From contig OX597814.1 of NCBI GenBank assembly GCA_951406725.2, positions 33,356,001 through 33,420,000 of the forward strand: 64,000 nucleotides of DNA. Reading direction: 5' to 3'. The DNA is from Octopus vulgaris. Lineage: Eukaryota. Positions 13,388 to 26,572 of this stretch are shown in pieces (the first letter of the stretch is position 1; each line of letters opens with the position of its first letter). Made by a program: the position numbers and the translations under genes. Below the pieces are notes generated by a model. It saw only the letters and a list, made by a program, of their open reading frames with translations. It ran no database searches and was not told where the DNA came from.

Positions 13388-13770
13388 GGAGGCGCAATGG
13401 CCCAGTGGTTAGGGCAGCGGACTCGCGGTCATAGGATCGCGGTTTCGATTCCCAGACCGGGCGTTGTGAGTGTTTATTGAGCGAAAACACCTAAAGCTCC
13501 ACGAGGCTCCGGCAGGGGATGGTGGTGATCCCTGCTGTACTCTTTCACCACAACTTTCTCTCACTCTTACTTCCTGTTTCTGTTGTACCTGTATTTCAAA
13601 GGGCCGGCCTTGTCACTCTCTGTGTCACGCTGAATATCCCCGAGAACTACGTTAAGGGTACACGTGTCTGTGGAGTGCTCAGCCACTTACACGTTAATTT
13701 CACGAGCTGGCTGTTCCGTTGATTCGGATCAACCGGAACTCTCATCGTCGTAACCGACGGAGTGCTTCCA
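13388..13770 (+). mobile_element. tRNA-derived SINE family C, full length, young
   Basis: A box tggcccagtgg, B box ggtttcgattccc; TSD ctagagcagat/ctggagcagat; near-identical to 17578 and 18372. Confidence 0.92.
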
Positions 13771-13794
13771 CTGGAGCAGATATATCGTTTTAGC

Positions 13795-13926
13795 AAATAT
13801 TCTACTTAATACCACGTATTTGCTTGTCAGTTAATTGACTTAAACCACTTGAACATGTCACTGAGTGAGGGGGGGGGGGGAGCATCATATCCAGGTATTG
13901 AGAAGGATTCTTTGGGGTTTGAATAA
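13795..13926 (+). mobile_element. Fragment of repeat family D (opposite orientation to the 53.7-59.7 kb copies)
   Basis: gggggagcatcata...gattctttggggtttgaataa is the reverse complement of the family D interior. Confidence 0.7.
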
Positions 13927-14454
13927 ATGTAACAAAAGAAAAGTTTGCTTGAAATAGCCATTTTTCATACTTTCTAGGGCTAAGCAAATAGGAAATAACA
14001 GTGCTGCTGCCCAAGGACAAAAATCGTGTGACACAGGGTAATCAGCGTTCAGTTTCTATACTTTCTTAATCATTGGTTTGAATATGCTTTGTTGAGATCG
14101 GAAAAGACTAAGATAAGCGCTCTTATTTCATTAATTGAATTTAAAGGCATGAGACACTTTGAATAAAGGTTTTAATTTTCGGAAAATTTTGATTAGGTGA
14201 TATCAGAGGAAATGTTCCTTGTTGACTTGACATAACCGTGTTGTGACACCAGGTGTATCAGGATCCTTTGTCTGAATAAACCAAGAGTGCCATGAGCACA
14301 TATCCGCCGTAAAGGAGGAACTGCTTTTCTTTGATGAAACGCAAAAGTGATTAGCATATTCGCGTTCGAATCCGCCAGAACGTATTCAGAACAGATATGG
14401 CATTCTCACTGTTCACAACGCATATGACGATTTCTATACAATCACACCTGTTTT

Positions 14455-14590
14455 ATCTTTTACTTGTTTCAGCCATTAGACTGTGGCAATGCTGAGGCAC
14501 CGCCCCGAAGATCTTCAGTTGAACGAATCGACACCAAAAATTATTCTTTAAGCCTTGGACTTATACTACCGGTCTCTTTTCTCACACTGC
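14455..14590 (-). mobile_element. SINE family A 3' fragment
   Basis: tttacttgtttcagccattagactgtggc...gcaccgcc. Confidence 0.7.
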
Positions 14591-14596
14591 TATGTG

Positions 14597-14627
<31 letters not shown>

Positions 14628-15080
14628 TGTGCTTATATATGAACTTACATTTTTATTTTTTTCTTTACTTATTTACTAGTAAGCTTTATCTTTTCCCCTT
14701 TTACTTACTACGCTGTTCAGTCTTCTCTTTTTCTCTCTCCATCACTTGCTTTCGTTCTATTTCCTTCTCTAAATGCTTATAAATTACATAGCTATGTGTC
14801 TAACTTCAGATATTAGACATGTCTGCAACAGAATGCAGTAAAATATTCATCTGATGATTTGTTGCAATTAGGCATTCAAAAGAATTTGGAGCATCCAATG
14901 AATGGCAATGGTGAAACGTACGTAGGAACTATAAATTTATGCTTGTGCTTATCTTAATTTTCCACTACGTATGTTCCGTATATCATAATTAGTAACGATA
15001 CTAAGAACAGTGATATACTAAACACTATACTGAAAGCTAACAGTAGTAGTCGAACATCTTACTATACCCTCACACTATCT

Positions 15081-15382
15081 GTGTATGTATGTATGTATAT
15101 ATATATATATGTGTGTGCATATATATATATATATATATGTATGTATGTGTATGTATGTATGTATGTATGTATATATATTTATATACATTTATATTTATAT
15201 ATATATGTATATGTATGTATATACATTTATATATATGTATATGTATTATATATATTTATATATATATATGTATATGTATGTATATATATTTATATATGTA
15301 TATGTATATATATATATTTACATATGTATATGTATGTATATATATATATATATGTATGTATGTATGTATATGTATGTATATA

Positions 15383-15429
<47 letters not shown>

Positions 15430-15464
15430 GTATATATATGTATATATATATATATATATGTATG

Positions 15465-15497
<33 letters not shown>

Positions 15498-15500
15498 ATG

Positions 15501-15531
<31 letters not shown>

Positions 15532-15605
15532 ATGTATGTATATATATTTATATATATATATATATGTATATATATGTATATATATGTATATATATATATA
15601 TATGT
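15081..15605. repeat. (TA)/(TATG) microsatellite tract
   Basis: Direct sequence. Confidence 0.95.
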
Positions 15606-15776
15606 GTAGGTCCCGGGTTGAGTCGGGGTTAACCACAGTAAATAAGGTACTCAATACATAGCAGAGTAAATTAATTTATTTTATAGAAGGAGCTTCTACA
15701 GGACTAGAACTGTTTCATTCCTGATGATTTCTTTTGAATGAAACAGTTCTAGTCCTGTAGAAGCTCCTTCTATAAA

Positions 15777-15782
<6 letters not shown>
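15606..15782. mobile_element. Fold-back mini-insert with HHR remnant at the apex
   Basis: 68-bp overhang; arms 15674-15720 / 15736-15782; the loop begins CTGATGA tttc tttt gaat GAAA. Confidence 0.85.
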
Positions 15783-15825
<43 letters not shown>

Positions 15826-15848
15826 AATGTATGTATATATATATATAA

Positions 15849-15879
<31 letters not shown>

Positions 15880-16989
15880 CGTGTGTATAAATGCATATAA
15901 ATTTTATAAATTTCTTATATAACTGTGTCTATATGCTTTCTCAAAAGGTAGTTGTTTTCCCCTTGCTGGTTTGTGTATAAATTTCTCTTCGACAAGCTTT
16001 GTGGTCTAATTTTTTCTTAAGCCTTTTGTTTCTGTCACATTTATCTACGATAATTCAATAGATTGAAATTTCTCTTCTTTATCTAATATACGTGTTCATT
16101 GAATCGAATAACATAATAGAAACAAAAGAAAGCAATTTAAATATTGTTTAAGATTTTAAATTCGAATTGGATCGATGAAGCCCCACAAAGTTACCCTGAT
16201 GAGAAAGCGGCGAAGAAGACTTGTGAATCAAATAAAGAAGTTAATTCTCTTTATAATTGTCCTGTTGACTTATGTTGAAAACAGTTTCAAAATTACTTCA
16301 AGATATCATTTAGAAAAAATAATAATATAAAGATAATTATGTTTTGAAATGAATAAAAATAAGTAAAATAAATAATTTCAAGATAGATAGCATACGATTC
16401 ACATTTACAATAGATACGTAATTGGAAAAATAGAAGAAATAATTCATTCAACAAAAAATGAAAATAGGAACATAAAAATATTCATAAATAAAAAAAAAAT
16501 AGAAAATTTCTTTTCTCTAAATTCCCGACAACTCGCTGCAGTTATACGATCACAGGACTTGCTAACAAAAATAGAAAACAGTAGACCACCTCGGCCTGTA
16601 TAAATCTTACATTATTCAACTCCAAATGCAGGCCGATTAATCCTTCAAGGACTAGTTAGCAAGTGCAGTCATCACATTAGCATCACAAGAGTACTACATA
16701 ACTAGTACTATGGTTCTGTAGTTTTACCGTGATTAAAGGACTTGTTTGCATCGAAAACAAACCATCCTGCACATTCGTACAATAGAAACTTTCTCCCACT
16801 CATCTCTAAATGATTTCTCCTGGAACTCCTGTATTTCAGAAAATAATTCCCGAATGATAATGTACCCTCAGAATTCACTACTGTATCACGAAAAAGAATA
16901 TGAGTTTGATAGAGCTCGGATAGACGGACTCATGGAATTGCTCATGTTCGACGTAGAAGATGATTACTACACAGTGTAGTAATCATCTT

Positions 16990-17410
16990 CTTCTTCACAT
17001 TTGTCTTCATCACTATCTGATGTAATATTCTTCACAACTACTAGGCAAGATGAATTGGAATATCAGCCCCATGTGCAATACGCCGTATAGCCGAGGGAAT
17101 ACACTATCTTATGTTTGTTTTTTGCTCTTTACCCATCAACTTTATTAATGCAGAAATAACAAGTGCTAACGCGGTTATTCGGCTCTCGCCACACCATTGG
17201 TACTCTAAAGGACGTTTCTTTTTTCTTTACCGGCTTTACAAAGTCTCAGTCCATCCACACAAATGTGAAATACTTTGTGTTTGTCTTCATCACCGAGTTT
17301 AACACCAAAATAAGCAAAGTATAGATTTTTTACGAGATCGGTTACAATTTGTCTCTGCTTACTTGCCACAAATGTAGCAGAATATGTTTGGATTGTTCAC
17401 GCACTTACGT
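16990..17410 (-). pseudogene. DNA transposase N-terminal fragment, probably Chapaev3-like
   Basis: My translation across frameshifts: RKCVNNPNIFCYICG / YFAYFGVKLGDEDK / VPMVWREPNNRVSTCYFC / PSAIRRIAHG. Superfamily assignment is from memory of these motifs. Confidence 0.75.
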
Positions 17411-17577
17411 CTATATGCACTCCTTTCAAATGGAGTTTATACGTAAGTATCACCACGACTGACCTCTGGAACTACCATAACAAGACTAAAGCGTCAGTTA
17501 GTAATCGTGTACACAACTTTTAAATGATTAGATACAGAAGAAACATACATACATACATACATACATACATACATAGT

Positions 17578-17959
17578 GGAGGCGCAATGGCCCAGTGGTT
17601 AGGGCAGCGGACTCGCGGTCATAGGATCGCGGTTTCGATTCCCAGACCGGGCGTTGTGAGTGTTTATTGAGCGAAAACACCTAAAAGCTCCACGAGGCTC
17701 CGGCAGGGGATGGTGGTGATCCCTGCTGTACTCTTTCACCACAACTTTCTCTCACTCTTACTTCCTGTTTCTGTTGTACCTGTATTTCAAAGGGCCGGCC
17801 TTGTCACTCTCTGTGTCACGCTGAATATCCCCGAGAACTGCGTTAAGGGTACACGTGTCTGTGGAGTGCTCAGCCACTTACACGTTAATTTCACGAGCAG
17901 GCTGTTCCGTTGATCGTATCAACCGGAACCCTCATCGTCGTAACCGACGGAGTGCTTCC
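17578..17959 (+). mobile_element. SINE family C, full length, inserted in (TACA)n
   Basis: Near-identical to 13388-13770. Confidence 0.92.
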
Positions 17960-18371
17960 CCCACATACATACATACATACGTGATGAAGAATAACTAATA
18001 ATAGATCTGAAATCAGCTTTAAAAATGTTTTTAAAAGTTATGTAGACGTTTAAGAGCACATCATTTTTTTTTCATTGAAAACCTTTTCACTGTTCTCGTT
18101 CTGTTAACGGTTAGACATTCAGGCAAGTATACTGGCATTGATGTGGCAACATTTGAAATATTGTCTATGTAAATGCAGCTGATCAAATTTACGTTGTCAA
18201 ACGTATTTGAAGGGTCAGCGACCGGTCCTGCAGTATCCGATTCTGGGTTGTCCATTTATCGAATGTTCTTCCTAGAGGTAAGACAAATTTTTCATGTTTG
18301 TTGCACACACACACGTCTTTGCTAGTATATACGCAGTGAAGCTTTACAATAGCGTCGTATTTGTATCGATT

Positions 18372-18754
18372 GGAGGCGCAATGGCCCAGTGGTTAGGGCA
18401 GCGGACTCGCGGTCATAGGATCGCGGTTCCGATTCCCAGACCGGGTGTTGTGAGTGTTTATTGAGCGAAAACACCTAAAGCTCCACGAGGCTCCGGCAGG
18501 GAATGGTGGTGATCCCTGTTGTACTCTTTCACCACAACTTTCTCTCACTCTTACTTCCTGTTTCTGTTGTACCTGTATTTCAAAGGGCCGGCCTTGTCAC
18601 TCTCTGTGTCACGCTGAATATCCCCGAGAACTACGTTAAGGGTACACGTGTCTGTGGAGTGCTCAGCCACTTACACGTTAATTTCACGAGCTGGCTGTTC
18701 CGTTGATTCGGATCAACCGGAACCCTCATCGTCGTAACCGACGGAGTGCTTCCA
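18372..18754 (+). mobile_element. SINE family C, full length
   Basis: Near-identical copy; TSD atttgtatcga. Confidence 0.92.
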
Positions 18755-18839
18755 CATTTGTATCGAGTGCTATTTTCCAGTAAATATTGGTGCCTTGTTG
18801 TACTACTCATCTGTTTTTATATATATATATACATACATA

Positions 18840-20081
18840 CATTGAGGGATTAGACAAAATAATGGAAATACATAGTACCATAATTTTGAAATATCTATAA
18901 AACCGTCAAAAGATTGTTTATTTTTGTTTTTGATTTATTATTAGTGTTGTTTAATATGTTTTGCTAAAATTGCTGTTTCTTTTCAGATATCATCAGAAAA
19001 AGGTGATTAAAATTCATCAAAATGACAGATCTATCGGACTTTCAGAGAGATCAAATTGTTGGTGCTCATATGGCAGGCGCTGGCTTAATGAAAACAGTCG
19101 AAATTTGGTGTATCAAGAAATACTCTCTCGAAAGTAATGACGGCCTTTGAGAAAGAGAGAAAAACCTCCTTGTTGAAACAAAACTCCGGAAGAAAACCAA
19201 AGTTTCCAGATAGGGACCGTCGGACTCTTTCGCGAATTGTTAGAAAGGATCACAAAAGTAGAGCTCCTAAAATTACTGCAGAGCTTAATGACCGCCTCGA
19301 GAACCCAGTTTCCACGAAAACTGTTCGCCAGGAGCTACACACATCTGGATTTCACAAGAAGGCTGCAATCAGAAAACCCCTACTTTCAAAAACAAACGTT
19401 GCAAAGCGTTTAGAGTGGAGTAAAAACCTTTAGAATTGGTTCCCAGAACAGTGGAAGAATGTTATTTTCTCGGATGAGTCATCCTTTACCTTATTTCCGA
19501 CCACCGGCCGAGTATATGTGTGGAGACAGCCAAAATAAGAATTTGACCCTGACTGCCTTCTTCCAACTGTTAAACATGGAGGAGGATCTTTCATGATCTG
19601 GGATGGGGGACTATATCTTGAAAATCCGCCAGCCCAATGGTTTCCTTTCATAGCAGAATTAATAGTCAAGACTATTTAAGCATTTTATCTGAACAAATTC
19701 ATCCTATAGTCGCGGAACTGTTTCCGGAGGGAAACGCAATCTTTCCGGATGATAATGCACCAATTCACACTACTGAATGGTACGAGGAACATTCTAGTGA
19801 AGTCGAACATCTTATCTGGCCATCTCAGTCCCCAGATCTCAATATCATTGAACATTTATGGTGCATTACAAATAAGGAGTCGCTATCCTCCACCATCATC
19901 ACTACAAGAATTGGAGACTGTTTTATTTGAAGAATGGACAAAAATTCTTTTGGAAAAACTTTGTACGAGTCCATACCTCATAGAATTCAAGCTGTAATTA
20001 CTACCAAAGGCGGTCCTACCCCATATTAAAATAAATTTGTTTGAAATTTTAAGGTGTTTCCGTTATTTTGACCAACTCCTG
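18840..20081 (+). mobile_element. Tc1/mariner DNA transposon, full length, defective
   Basis: Imperfect TIRs (gacaaaataatggaaatac / gtgtttccgttattttgacc), TA flanks, transposase inside. Confidence 0.9.
19022..20029 (+). pseudogene. Tc1 DDE transposase pseudogene
   Basis: MTDLSDFQRDQIVG, SGRKPK, RKPLLS, VIFSDES, DDNAPIH, SPDLNIIEHLW, KGGPTPY*; several stops and frameshifts. Confidence 0.93.
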
Positions 20082-20127
20082 TACATACATACATACATAC
20101 ATACATACATACATACATACTATATAT

Positions 20128-20164
<37 letters not shown>

Positions 20165-20412
20165 TATGCATCGGGAGACGGACAGAAGTGTTCGCAATCA
20201 ATATGAAGATAACAGGCACTCGAACTCGGAAGAAGCTATTTTTAGAAAAATATATACATTTAAATGTTAGAATAACGTTATTATTTTATACCATCTTCGG
20301 ACTAACAACTGAACATTTACTGATGGTGTGAGTCTACACTGAGAGGTGAGTCGGTTTGATCTTATCCATTACATCTGTGAATTATTCCTTACTATAAACC
20401 AAAGTTATTATA

Positions 20413-20829
20413 TACTCTTTACTCTCTTTTACTTGTTTCAGTCATTTGACTGGGGCCATGCTGGAGCACCTCCTTTAATCGAGCAACTCAACCGCGGGAC
20501 TTATTCTTTGTAAGCCCAGTACTTATTCTATCAGTCTTTTGCCGAACCGCTAAGTGACGGGGACATAAACACACCAGCATCGGTTGTCAAGCAATGCTAG
20601 GGGGACAAACACAGACACACAAACACACACACATACACATACATATATATATATACATATACATATATACGACGGGCTTCTTTCAGTTTCCGTCTACGAA
20701 ATCCACTCACAAGGCTTTGGTCGGCCCGAGGCTATAGTAGAAGACACTTGCCCAAGGTGCCACGCAGTGGGACTGAACCCGGAACCATGTGGTTGGTAAA
20801 CAAGCTACTTACCACACAGCCACTCCTGC
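20413..20829 (-). mobile_element. SINE family A, full length
   Basis: Consensus match. Confidence 0.92.
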
Positions 20830-20930
20830 TATAGTTGTTTTTGTTGTTTTTTTTTCAATTTTAGCCATTAACGTCAATGAAATGGGCTTTGGAAATGCAT
20901 GAAATGTACAATATACTATTTTTACTCCAG

Positions 20931-21255
20931 TGAAGGCGTGTGACCTAATTGTCAGGGTATTCAGCTCGCGATCGTAAGGCTGTCAGTTCGATTCCCGGCG
21001 ATACGTTGTGTCTCTGCGCAAAACACTTTATTTCCCGTTGCTCCAATTCACTCAGCGGGCAGAAATTAGTAGTACCGGTATTTCAAAGGGTCAGCCCTGT
21101 CATATTCTTTGTCACGCTGAATCTTCCTGAGAACCACAAAAAGGGTACGCGTGTCTGTGGAGTACTCAACCACTTGCACGTAAATTTCACGTGCAGGTTG
21201 TTCCGTTGGTCGCATCAATTGGCACACTCGTCGTCATCGTAACCGACGGAATGCT
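20931..21255 (+). mobile_element. Older SINE sharing the family C 3' half
   Basis: gtatttcaaagggtcagcc...gtaaccgacggaatgct tail with a diverged tRNA-like head. Confidence 0.8.
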
Positions 21256-21685
21256 AGTATTTTATCTCCTCTAAAACTGAAAAGCTTCTGTGGTCTACAT
21301 ATGACACACAAAGAATGTACGTATATTCTTTTCAAATTACCAGAAATGCATATACTCACACGTATATGGTACCATACTGAATCATGTGATCGAATACACC
21401 ATTTTTTAGTGATATTGTTTTTAATTTACTAAACACGAAAAATCAATATTTCGAAAAAAAAGGTGGGGAAATATATTTGGGAGTTTTAATTGCCTGGTGA
21501 TTTGATTCTACGACCGCATGTTTAAACGTAAACACTTAAATTGTGGGAGACACATATTAGCCTTTCAAAAACGTACAAATACTTTTAACTTCACCTGAAC
21601 ATTTATTAAGATGGCAAATTAATATATGTTTAAGTTATGTGAAAATTTTGGCGTGATTTTGAATAGATTATATTATATTTTGAAA

Positions 21686-21915
21686 AGGCAGCGAGCTGGC
21701 AGAAACGTTAGTGCGCCGGGCGAAATGCTTAGCGGTATTTCGTCTGTCGTTACGTTCTGAGTTCAAATACCGCCGAGGTCGACTTTGCCTTTCATCCTCT
21801 CGGGGTCGATAAATAAAGTACCCGTTTCACACTGGGTAGATTTAATCGACTTAATCCGTTTGTCTGTCCTTGTTTGTCCCCTCTATGTATAGCTCCTTGT
21901 GGGTAGTAAAGAAAT
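21686..21915 (+). mobile_element. SINE family B, full length
   Basis: Consensus match; TSD tatattatattttga. Confidence 0.92.
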
Positions 21916-23013
21916 ATATATTATATTTTGACATTCATATTTTTCCCAAAAATTTCAACGAACTGAAATATATAACGAATTTTCGACTGAAGTGGGATAG
22001 AAACCGTTCTGCTCCCTCGGTTTGTCGTAACTTCTCATCTAACTCTAGAAGTCACTTCATTCTGTTTTAAACATTATTTGCTCTTAGGAATGAAGACTCA
22101 CAATGATAAAAAGCCAGTGAGTATTGAAATTTTAATATGTTAATTTGGCTTCGTTCTAAATCAAAGCAACTGTTTGAAATGTAATCATATCAGGAAAGCA
22201 TTAGAAATGAATTAGAAAAATAAGATAATAACCAACATAAATATTTGATTAATCAATTATATTTTGTCAGAAAAATTACAAAACATTCTTTCTGATAAGA
22301 AATATTGTACTTACTGACGAATATTAAAACAGGTGAAGAATGTCGCGATTTCAATGTTATATTCAGAAGCATTTCTTTGAATAATCAGAAATAATTGTCT
22401 TAACGTTACTCTTGGGAATATATGCTACTTATTTGGAAGTACTTCATTATTCTTTTTAACCCCTGGACAAGCTTATCGTTTTCCTCTTTTTGTTTCTTTA
22501 AGATATAAAATACTTCTTGTTTTTCTTCTGGTTTACAAGAATTAATGAAGACCAAGAAAGAAGAATATTCACACTAGCAATATTAAAACATTGGTAGCGT
22601 AAAAGACAACAATCTGTGTTCATGTGCGAGAATTATACTCACTGGATGATCTATGTTAAGACATGTGAGTTGATATTTAATTATAGATGTGTGTCGAGTC
22701 TGCATGTATGGGAGCTAGGGCGACCAGAATATTAATTACTTTATTCAATCCAAATACTGATACATTGACATTGCTCAATTCGGATCTACCCATAGGAAAC
22801 ACTGCATTTCTTCCTCATCTCTCCACTCACTGCCAGCACTAAATAAATAACAATGATTGGAACAAAGCATTCCACTGTTTTCTCGACTTTTGTTTGTGTC
22901 TTTTAAAATTTAATCATATCCATATTCACTTTAGCATACACAAAGTCACACACACAGGTATACGCATAAAAAAGTATACACACATACAAATAGACACGAC
23001 TGTCTCATATATG

Positions 23014-23073
<60 letters not shown>

Positions 23074-23169
23074 TTCAGAGAGAGAGAGAGATGCGTGTGT
23101 GTGCATTTGTCTGTAGATCAGTGTATACCTCTGAACGTTAAGTATGTATTTAAGAATTTATGTATATAT

Positions 23170-23447
23170 GTCACGTCACGTCACGTGACCGACCAGGCTA
23201 TCAGATGTTGCTACACGTCGCTGGTCACAATGCGCTTCGCATTGTTTTAGCCATCAAATGACGCCACCCCGCTGGCTAGGCGAGCAGGCCTACAGAAGAA
23301 AGTTGTGGCGAAAGAGTACAGCAGTGATCGCCACCACCCACTTCCGGAGCCTTGTGGAGTTTTAGGTGTTTCGTTCTATAAACATTCACAACGTCCGGTC
23401 TGGGAATCGAAACCGCGATCCTTCGACCACTGGGATATTGCGCCTCC
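23170..23447 (-). mobile_element. SINE with family C head and a different tail ending in (GTGAC)n
   Basis: Head and body match family C to about actctttc...caactttc, then unrelated 3' sequence. Confidence 0.8.
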
Positions 23448-23472
23448 ACATGCATATATATATATATATATA

Positions 23473-23566
<94 letters not shown>

Positions 23567-24173
23567 AGAGAAAGTGAGCTAGAATATAGTGGAATCCATG
23601 ATCACGTGGTGTGACTATACAGTTATTTCCTACGTAGGCAAATTAGAGCAGGGGAGACTGCTAAGTCTTCATAATTGCCTCAAGATCGCTCGGAAATATG
23701 GCCTGGACTTCAATATGGTGTGCTGAAATCGTTATAGTAACGAAAAAGAATCCGAACTGCAGAAGTGAATAATAGTTTCGGGCCATTCGGATGGAATTTG
23801 TTCGTACACACGTACGCAGAAACCCGTATAAGCACTTACACACACACAAAAAAAACACCCACATATATGTGTGCATGGATATATGTATATATAAACGAAT
23901 ATGACTGGTTGAATTTCGAAATCATATGATAGAGTCTTATCAAATTATTTCATTCAGTGAGTTTATCTCGCTGGAGTAAGATGTAGCTTACAGCTCGCAG
24001 TTCCTTCAAATATCTCATGAGTTTAATGATTTTGTGTGGCTATTCGAGTTATATTTTTAGCTCTTATTTCTAGCAATTATAGGTGCCATTTTGTACCCTT
24101 ATTTATTTATTCTACCTTTTTCGTTTTTTAATTGCTTTAGCCACCTATATTATAAAGTATGTAATATATAGAG

Positions 24174-24587
24174 AATACCAAACGAGTTCCCTATGGATAC
24201 CGTATTTATTACAACGAGTGGCTTGTAAACGTATCTAACGAGCGAAAGCGAGTTAGATACGTTTACAAGCCACGAGTTGTAATAAATATGGTATCCATAG
24301 GGAATGAGTTTGGTATTTTATTTATTACACACAAATAAACGACCATATTTTATTAACCCAATAACTAAATTATTCACGTTTAGTTGTAACTTATGAATGA
24401 CAAAAGTAGTGCCGTCACCGTGACCTCAGGTCATCACCATGGATTGACCAATCAGAAGCAGCGCTGTCACTGTGACCTCGGGTCATCACCATGGATTGAC
24501 CAATCAGAAGCAGCGCTCGCAGTATCTGACATATGTTAGATACCAAAAATATCTCAAAGTGTTCTCACTCACATGTGTGTAATAAAT
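24174..24587. mobile_element. Non-autonomous element with 144-bp palindrome, 14-bp IR and 52-bp tandem duplication (Crypton-like architecture, tentative)
   Basis: Hairpin 24174-24317 with apex gagcgaaagcgag; atttattacacaca/tgtgtgtaataaat; repeat 24414-24465/24466-24517. Confidence 0.65.
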
Positions 24588-26134
24588 CAAAATATCAATT
24601 GGTTTGTGTGAATATATATGTCTCTCCTGGTCTTGATGGTGTAACTTATTTGCTTCTCAAATGTGGTGGGTTCTTTCTATTGCACCAGCTTTCTTCTGGG
24701 ATTTATTGTGTGTGTGTGCTTATTCATGTGTTCTTCTGTTCGTATGTGTGCATGCGTGTGTGCTTGTATGTGTGTGTGTGTGTGTGTATACGCACACAAA
24801 TATGTGTGTAAACGTGTGTGTAAGTGTGAGCAGGGAAATGTGTGCGTGTGTATGTGTGTGTGTGTTTATATGTTTTTGTGCTCGTCTATAAGCCTCTCTC
24901 TGTGAATGCCTCTACTGCAGTTTATAATTTTTCATTTTTGTCTTTTAAAACACATATTCAAATTGAATTAATATAATTGTAAACATAACAAGTAGAAATA
25001 TGTAAATTTTACTGAACATCTGCTTCTTGCCATAATTCAACGTTTCAAAATTATTTGGAAATTGAATATTTCATTTTATTTAATCAGTCTCGCAAAATAC
25101 ATTTAAAAATCTACAATTGTAAAACTAGATGATACAGAATAATCGGTTAAAATTCGCTAACTTTTTTTTTCTTTTTGTCTTATCTTTTGTTTCGTTAATA
25201 TATTATCTTTTAAATTTTAATGCAATATTTATCCTTGGTCTAAAATTGACTAACTACTATTTCACAATTGAGCAAGTATTTTGATACTATCACCCAGTTA
25301 CACAACCAGTAACAATTCATTGTAGATTTTAATAACATAAATTAGCTAAAATTCCTATTCCTCCCCACCCAATATATTTTGCCTACTCTCTCCTTTTCTT
25401 TAAATTAATGGTAAATGCATGAGGCGTAGCAATTTCTTTATGGCCTAGGGACTTAAATCTGAATTCACCTAGTTGTAAGACTTACACTTATCAAAGCATG
25501 TAAGTAAAATCTACCTGTCATGGTAACACAATATAAAATTTGTGATTTCGTTCCGTGTTAGGCCATGTAAGCCACAAAGCATTTAACTGGGAACTAGAAA
25601 AAGGAATACAAGCTTTTCCTAAATGGATATGAGCCAAATCAGATTGCTCATAGGAAGCTAATCAGATACGAATAACTTTCTCCAACCAGAACTAACGACT
25701 ATGAGGTCATTATTTCAGGAATTATATAGAGCGTTCTGGAGGTAACCAAATGCGAATCCCTAATCTTGCAGCAATTAGGGAGAAACTCTATCAGTCCAAC
25801 TAGCAAGGCATCGCATTAATTTTGCCTTTATTAAGAAAAAAGTTCTTGTTTTAATTCCAGTTCTGTAATCTATCAGGGATGTAGTGTACAGCCTAGAGAC
25901 TCTATTAAAATGTAGCGTATTTAGTTCATGCTGGCCTGTCGTTAACATTGTTATTCGGCAGAGAAAACCAAATCTTCTTCTGTTATTCAGTGTGGCATGT
26001 CTCACTCCAGCTGGCATGCAGCTGCAGAAGTGGTTAGGTAATGTATATGATTCCTTGCAGTATTTATTGGCTCTGCGTTAGAAATCAAGGTACAGTTTTC
26101 TACACTCACTCATGCAAATTCGTGTCTTTAAACA

Positions 26135-26316
26135 AGGTGTAGGAGTGGCTGTGTAGTAAGTAGCTTGCTTACGAACCACATGGTTCCAGGTTCAGTCCCA
26201 CTGCGTGGCACCTTGGGCAAGTATCTTCTACTATAGCCTCGGGCCGACCAAAGCCTTGTGAGTGGATTTGGTAGACGGAAACTGAAAGAAGCCCATCATA
26301 TATATGTATGTATATG

Positions 26317-26351
<35 letters not shown>

Positions 26352-26572
26352 ATGTGTGTGTGTGTCTGCGTTTGTCCACCCCAACATCGCTTGACAATCG
26401 ATGCTGGTGCATTTACGTCCCCGTAACTTAGCGGTTCGGCCGAAGAAACCGATAGAATAAGTACTAGGCTTACAAAGAATAAGTCCTGGGTTCGATTTGC
26501 TCGACTAAAAGGCGGTGCTCCAGCATGGCCACAGTCACATGATTGAAATAAGTAAAAATGTAAAAGAGTAAA
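26135..26572 (+). mobile_element. SINE family A, full length
   Basis: Consensus match. Confidence 0.92.

Noticed and set aside
13388-13460. tRNA gene at the SINE C, A or B heads
   Set aside because: A/B boxes are present but there is no complete cloverleaf; always attached to SINE bodies with TSDs
23770-23795. Minus-strand gccc GAAA ctat TA motif
   Set aside because: No upstream core or stem II partner visible
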